Below, one piece after another: positions 59,500-64,000 of a DNA stretch of 64,000 nucleotides. The stretch spans positions 1-64,000 of the IMG/VR virus record IMGVR_UViG_3300009705_003007. One strand, 5' to 3'. This DNA comes from a virus. Every line of letters starts with the position of its first letter. The first letter of the stretch is position 1. The position numbers and the translations under genes are program-made. The notes under the pieces were generated by a model. The model saw only the letters and a program-made list of their open reading frames with translations. It had not been told where the DNA came from and searched no databases.

Positions 59500-61396
59500 G
59501 TTGATCTCTTACGCCCATGATTTTATCTAATAATGAAATTCCAAGTATGTCAAATTTTACATGACCCATAGACTCAAGGTCATTCATTTCCATACCTGCT
59601 ATTTTTTCAGAACCTTTTTTATCTCTAACCATTGGACAAACCTTATCTAGCTTGTGCGAAGATATGACAACGCCCGCTGCGTGTTTACCTTGAGATTTAA
59701 AAGTTCCCTCTATTCTCATTGCTTGCTCAAAGAGTTTAGCATAATCGCCTTCCAGTTGCCCATCATCATTTAATCTACAATATTCTCTTAGCGTATCTGG
59801 TTGGTTCATTAGAGTCCATCTGATTACTGACGGGTTATCCATCTCTGCTAACTGATCAGACACTTCGTGTTCATGAGGTAGACTTTTTGTGATTGCGTTC
59901 ATTTCATCAAAACCGCAGGCCTCGTTCATGCGTAAAACTTCTTTGAGGGCGCTACGTCCTTGTAGTCTACCAAACGTGACCATTTGACCGACTCTTTCTG
60001 AGCCATATTTATTTCTTATGTAATCTATAGTATCGTCGCGTTTTGAAGCTGGTACGTCAATGTCAATATCTGGAAGAGAAACATGACCAGCGGTATTACG
60101 GCCAGCGTTATAAAATCTTTCAAAAATTAAACCATATTCAATTGGGTCTACTTGAGTGATTCCTACTAAGTACGAGATTAAACATCCAGCAGCAGAACCT
60201 CTTCCCGGCCCCGGAATATAACCCTTATTATGAACACTATTGACTATATCTCTAACAATAAGAAAATACCCAGACAGGTTGGCTTGGCTTATAACCTCAA
60301 GTTCTTTTTTCACTCTTTCTGTGTACAACGTCTTTGTTTCTATAGTATTAACTTTTCCAGTTGGGGCAAGTCTACTTACCCACCCTTCTCTACAGAGATT
60401 ACGAAGATGGTCTTCTTCTGACTTGTCTTCAGGGCAGGAAAATTCTGGAAGCATGGGCTGACCAAGAATATCGTAATCTTCACACATGTCAGCTATTTGC
60501 ATAGTGGCTGCTATTTCATGTGGTTGATTAACTGCTTGTATTTCTTCAGGCGAAGGGATATGAAAATTGTTTGATTTCATAAAACCGCCAAAGGCTACAT
60601 CTTTGTTTTCTTCTAGCTTTTTCTTAATTCCACGCAAAGTGGTTTTCATAGCAGAGCAAAGCAGTAACAGTTGGTCGCCAGAGTCTTGTTTTTCTGGGTA
60701 GTGAGAGTCTGCCGTAGCGACGCTTTGAAAATTGTATTTTTTTGCTATGTATCTTAACCCTTGAACAACCAAGCTAGCGGCAGGAGAGTTTTCTTGATCT
60801 ATTGCTTGTATTTCAATAAAGAAGTTTTCCTTACCAAAAATGTCCCGATATTGATTTGCCAGCAAAAGAACCTGATCCACCCATTCGGGATGGATATACC
60901 TTTTAGCTTCCTCTTCTGTTGAGGCAGAGTAGGCTAATTTTACATCAACAAAGATGGCGTTCGCTAGATCGCTTCCAAGATGACCGCTAAAGGCAACCAA
61001 GTCGCCACCTGCGAATTGACCAAGAGTTTTCAAATCAAAGCGAGGTCTGTAGTAAAAGTTTTCTTCATCATTACTTTTTGAAACAGCTTGGATTAAGTTG
61101 TTCCAACCATTTTTGTTTTTAGCTAACACACAAAGATGACTGAGCTTCCTATTTTCTTCGTTCTTGATTGTGCAATCGGAGGGGCTTAGGTAGAACTCAC
61201 AACCAAGTATTGGCTTAATGTTCTTAGAACGACAAGCTTGAGTAAAGGCCACAGCGCCTGATATGGTGCCGTGGTCAGTTAAGGCACAAGACTCAAAGCC
61301 TAGTTCTGAACAGCGTGAGGCAACCTGTGAAGGCTTTGAGAGGCCGTCTAGGAGACTATAGTGCGTATGCAGGTGTAAGGGCGTCCAGTTTGTCAT
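59480..61396 (-). CDS. dnaE: DNA polymerase III alpha, N-terminal half (PHP plus palm/thumb)
   Basis: HLHTHYSLLDG, TDHG, GCEFY, DSHY, GRGSAAG, FERF, PDIDID, HAAGVVI, KFDILG. Confidence 0.93.
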   Translation of the reverse strand: MTNWTPLHLHTHYSLLDGLSKPSQVASRCSELGFESCALTDHGTISGAVAFTQACRSKNIKPILGCEFYLSPSDCTIKNEENRKLSHLCVLAKNKNGWNNLIQAVSKSNDEENFYYRPRFDLKTLGQFAGGDLVAFSGHLGSDLANAIFVDVKLAYSASTEEEAKRYIHPEWVDQVLLLANQYRDIFGKENFFIEIQAIDQENSPAASLVVQGLRYIAKKYNFQSVATADSHYPEKQDSGDQLLLLCSAMKTTLRGIKKKLEENKDVAFGGFMKSNNFHIPSPEEIQAVNQPHEIAATMQIADMCEDYDILGQPMLPEFSCPEDKSEEDHLRNLCREGWVSRLAPTGKVNTIETKTLYTERVKKELEVISQANLSGYFLIVRDIVNSVHNKGYIPGPGRGSAAGCLISYLVGITQVDPIEYGLIFERFYNAGRNTAGHVSLPDIDIDVPASKRDDTIDYIRNKYGSERVGQMVTFGRLQGRSALKEVLRMNEACGFDEMNAITKSLPHEHEVSDQLAEMDNPSVIRWTLMNQPDTLREYCRLNDDGQLEGDYAKLFEQAMRIEGTFKSQGKHAAGVVISSHKLDKVCPMVRDKKGSEKIAGMEMNDLESMGHVKFDILGISLLDKIMGVRDQLESENV

Positions 61397-62418
61397 TTTT
61401 CATCTTTCTTATCGTTGTCAACCAACCTACCACCACCGTCTCCGTAGGTAGTAATTTTATCAATAACTCCATACTCTTCAACAACTGCATTTACGCCTTT
61501 TAACACGAGTTCGTCTCGTATGTGCTGACAAAGGCTTTTTCCAGAGTCTTCGTATTCTTCGCTAAACTTACAAAGCCTTTGACACTTCCAATGTTTATGC
61601 TCATTAGAAAGAAGTCTGGGGTTTTGAATATCTCTGATTTGCTCAAATTTCTTACGTAGTATGTCTTCTGCTTTTTGGTAGTCGTCTTCGTCAAACACAA
61701 AAGAAAACAATCCACCTGCATTAATGTAATATATGCTTACTGAAAATTCACGTTCAGGATACATATTTTTAAGGGCGTAGTAATACAATAATAACTGAGT
61801 GTCGTTTTGTAGTTTACTGTATGTTTTTTCTTCGCCGGTTGCCCAGTCTAACCTCTTCCCTGTTTTGTAATCTAGTATTTCATAATACTCTTCGTTTTGT
61901 TTAAGTATTAAGTCAACCGTTCCCTTGATTGACAAATACCCTTCAATGGTTTTTCCACCAAGGTCGTATGAATATTTAGCCCACGGCTTCTTAATCTCAA
62001 AGTCAAAAAATAATTCCGTAGCAACCACCTCTTGGTTTCTAGGGTCTAACACTCCACCTTCATACGCTACCGCTTTTTCAGCCCACGATAGACATTTTCT
62101 TTTGTCTGCTTGGGTTATGTTAACTTCTGGAAAAGCAGAACTGTAATATTCAAAAGCAATATCGTTGAGCAATTCAAGATTATCACATTCTTCTAAGGTG
62201 AGAGTTTTTCCTGTCTCCTCGTCCTTCACCACATCAAGCCCATTAAGAATAGCGACCTTCTTGTCTCCAAGGGTTTGCATTACCTTGTGGGTTATTGTCC
62301 CCATTAAGGCTTTTTTGTTAGTCTTGTCTTTGAAAGATAAGTTGTACTGCAAAAAATACTTTTGCTGACAAAATTCTAACGTTCCTAAACTACTGCTTCT
62401 GTGGTAACAAACTATCAT
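61393..62418 (-). CDS. Cas4/RecB-like PD-(D/E)xK exonuclease
   Basis: GTITH, GTVDL, ILDYKTG, QLLLY; one N-terminal and three C-terminal Cys (possible Fe-S staple). Confidence 0.85.
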   Translation of the reverse strand: MIVCYHRSSSLGTLEFCQQKYFLQYNLSFKDKTNKKALMGTITHKVMQTLGDKKVAILNGLDVVKDEETGKTLTLEECDNLELLNDIAFEYYSSAFPEVNITQADKRKCLSWAEKAVAYEGGVLDPRNQEVVATELFFDFEIKKPWAKYSYDLGGKTIEGYLSIKGTVDLILKQNEEYYEILDYKTGKRLDWATGEEKTYSKLQNDTQLLLYYYALKNMYPEREFSVSIYYINAGGLFSFVFDEDDYQKAEDILRKKFEQIRDIQNPRLLSNEHKHWKCQRLCKFSEEYEDSGKSLCQHIRDELVLKGVNAVVEEYGVIDKITTYGDGGGRLVDNDKKDEK

Positions 62419-62968
62419 CTAATGGCTCTATTTCCGATATGGGTAAATTGTACATATCTACATGGGTTTTAAATCCGTTGCTAACGTCAATGTCTCCAGC
62501 CTTCCAAATTTTTGCTTTCGTAAAATAATCTTCAGGCTCTGCCTGCCCGACTATCCAGATCTTTTTAATACCACGATAGACGCGCCTTGTTTTTTCATAC
62601 GTCATGTTTTTAAATTCAATACTTACAAAAATATACAAGTCCGGTGCCTGATGTCTACTTGTTTTAGCAACAGAAACATCAAAAAAATCTGCTGGAGCAG
62701 CCGTTCTTCTTTTTGTTTTGACCTCTATTTTTCGATCATTTTTCCAAATGTCGTAGTCGTATTTATTATTACCTTTATCGCAGCTAATAATCTCAGCTTC
62801 GATATAAGAAGCAACTGCTTCTTCTCCCAGATAACCTGCGGCGTTGCCACCACCTTTTAATATTGAATTATTTAGACTTCCTAACTTTTTAGCTTTTGTT
62901 TGTGCGCGTTCCACCATTAAAGCATCCCAAGGGATACTTATGATCCTTTTGTTTGTAGCCATCCCCAT
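62390..62968 (-). CDS. PD-(D/E)xK-fold endonuclease-like protein
   Basis: GYLGEEAV...YDYDI...IEVKTK. Confidence 0.65.
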   Translation of the reverse strand: MGMATNKRIISIPWDALMVERAQTKAKKLGSLNNSILKGGGNAAGYLGEEAVASYIEAEIISCDKGNNKYDYDIWKNDRKIEVKTKRRTAAPADFFDVSVAKTSRHQAPDLYIFVSIEFKNMTYEKTRRVYRGIKKIWIVGQAEPEDYFTKAKIWKAGDIDVSNGFKTHVDMYNLPISEIEPLDDSLLPQKQ

Positions 62969-63696
62969 CCTCTCAAAAGTTCCATTAATGCCCTGTTGGT
63001 TTCATCTACTGTTAGAGATTCATTATCCATTACGTGATCAAACCCCTCGTAGTCATTTAACGCTGTTTCACTCGCGTGTTGATCTTCGTGTGGAGATCTA
63101 GTTAGTCTTATAACTTTACCACCAGCCTTTTGTATTGCTTCTACTTCGTTTGGAAAACGAATGTCTGGTGCTATCGCTAGTTCTGTACGACTATCTAACA
63201 TTCTATTGATACAACTATCAACCCAGATAGTATCCTTGATTTTTCTACACACGTCAGTCCCAAAGTACTGGAGAAATTCCCTAGCTGTCATCGCCCCTTT
63301 ATTAGATGACAGTGGTAGATCTTCCCAGTTAATACCAATCGTTGTGTTTTTTTCTTTGTCAGTACCATAGCACTGAGATTCTGTTAGGCCAAACAGTTGC
63401 ATTGAAATAATCTTTAAAGGATCCGCAAAACTAAAAGCCCTCACGTAAGGCCAGATTGATCTAGATGCGTATTCCATAAAGTCTTCGTCTTTTCTATCAA
63501 TATCTAATACACCAAGTCCCTCAACTTCTTTTCCGTTTTCGTCAAGCTGAACCGCATTTACTATAAGATTGCTTTCTTCGTCCATCAGAAACTTTTCAAC
63601 CACATCATTTAACCTTAATTGGTATCCATGTAAAAATCTACAACAGGTAGTTTTTCCACTTTGTTTAACTCCAGAGAAGCCTAAGATATTTGTCAT
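62938..63696 (-). CDS. Deoxynucleoside monophosphate kinase (T4 gp1-like)
   Basis: GVKQSGKT P-loop, FADPLK, REFLQYFGTD, DIRFPNE, HASE. Confidence 0.88.
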   Translation of the reverse strand: MTNILGFSGVKQSGKTTCCRFLHGYQLRLNDVVEKFLMDEESNLIVNAVQLDENGKEVEGLGVLDIDRKDEDFMEYASRSIWPYVRAFSFADPLKIISMQLFGLTESQCYGTDKEKNTTIGINWEDLPLSSNKGAMTAREFLQYFGTDVCRKIKDTIWVDSCINRMLDSRTELAIAPDIRFPNEVEAIQKAGGKVIRLTRSPHEDQHASETALNDYEGFDHVMDNESLTVDETNRALMELLRGWGWLQTKGS

Positions 63697-64000
63697 TATA
63701 TGTATTCCTTTAATTGCGGTTTGATTTCTTGGTTTATTTGTTCAATAGACATTTCACCTACATCTTTTGCGGAGAGTTCTATTTCGACGATGTTAAATGT
63801 TCTTTCGCATTTTTTACGTATGGAGCCTCTAGCTTTTTCTCCCGCTTCGTCGCTGTCTGTTAAAAGTACCAACGTGAAAGCTCCAGAGGTTTCTAAAATT
63901 CTTATTTGTGTGTCTGTGAGACTAGACCCAAACATCCCAACTACATTCTTTACGCCAGCCTCCCAAAGCCTCCAGACATCACCCTGTCCTTCAACTAGAA
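63696..64000 (-). CDS. dnaG: DNA primase, TOPRIM C-terminal part; 5'-truncated by the window edge
   Basis: The frame extends to the window end: LVEGQGDVWRLWEAGVKNVVGMFGSSLT...LTDSDEAG...KDVGEM. Confidence 0.88.
   Translation of the reverse strand, partial: LVEGQGDVWRLWEAGVKNVVGMFGSSLTDTQIRILETSGAFTLVLLTDSDEAGEKARGSIRKKCERTFNIVEIELSAKDVGEMSIEQINQEIKPQLKEYI

Noticed and set aside
57010-61396. Split intein, group I intron or pseudogene as the explanation for the two dnaE pieces
   Set aside because: No intein terminal motifs, both halves keep their conserved motifs, and the intervening DNA is fully occupied by intact overlapping ORFs.
61393-62418. Cas4-like gene as evidence of a CRISPR-Cas system
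   Set aside because: No repeat-spacer array or other cas genes were seen; stand-alone Cas4-like exonucleases are common in phage replication modules.
788-63370. The many short antisense or alternate-frame ORFs in the track (e.g. 14582-15148 -, 39960-40385 -, 62462-62860 +)
   Set aside because: They are nested within longer, motif-supported genes and have no recognisable motifs; they are treated as shadow ORFs.
1-64000. tRNA, rRNA, CRISPR array, integrase or transposase; alternative genetic code
   Set aside because: Intergenic gaps are short and none showed a cloverleaf or repeat-spacer pattern. Genes translate full length and pack tightly under the standard code.

Overview
The window is a piece of a large, AT-rich tailed dsDNA phage genome with two convergent arms. 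The + strand (1-40575) is a virion module. It runs from the end of an S74-chaperone tail fibre through neck, terminator and tube genes, with no sheath gene visible, so the tail is probably long and non-contractile. Two paralogous tail-assembly chaperones, a 2719-aa tape measure protein and a LamG protein follow. Then come very large tail-tip and fibre proteins (789, 2026, 604 and 3690 aa), of which the 789, 2026 and 3690-aa proteins are riddled with a small Cys-x-Cys-x-Trp module. The - strand (64000-40607) carries replication genes: primase, dNMP kinase, two PD-(D/E)xK nucleases, an intein-free split DnaE with DnaQ between the halves, SSB and a sigma factor. These are followed by a ~15 kb sugar-synthesis and glycosyltransferase cluster. 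The best candidate for an undescribed system is the Cys/Trp 'knob' module. It is inserted in frame, often nested inside itself and inside recognisable domains of three tail proteins, and a CGC-motif protein that could be a folding or redox partner lies directly downstream. A second candidate is glycosylation of the virion by the phage's own glycosyltransferases. Other signals are apparent avoidance of CCWGG, a shared late-promoter motif, a hairpin-bridged Shine-Dalgarno, an Fcl-like enzyme with altered catalytic residues, and a 49-aa AP2-like ORF missed by the ORF track. All calls come from motif recognition and gene order by eye; no searches were run.
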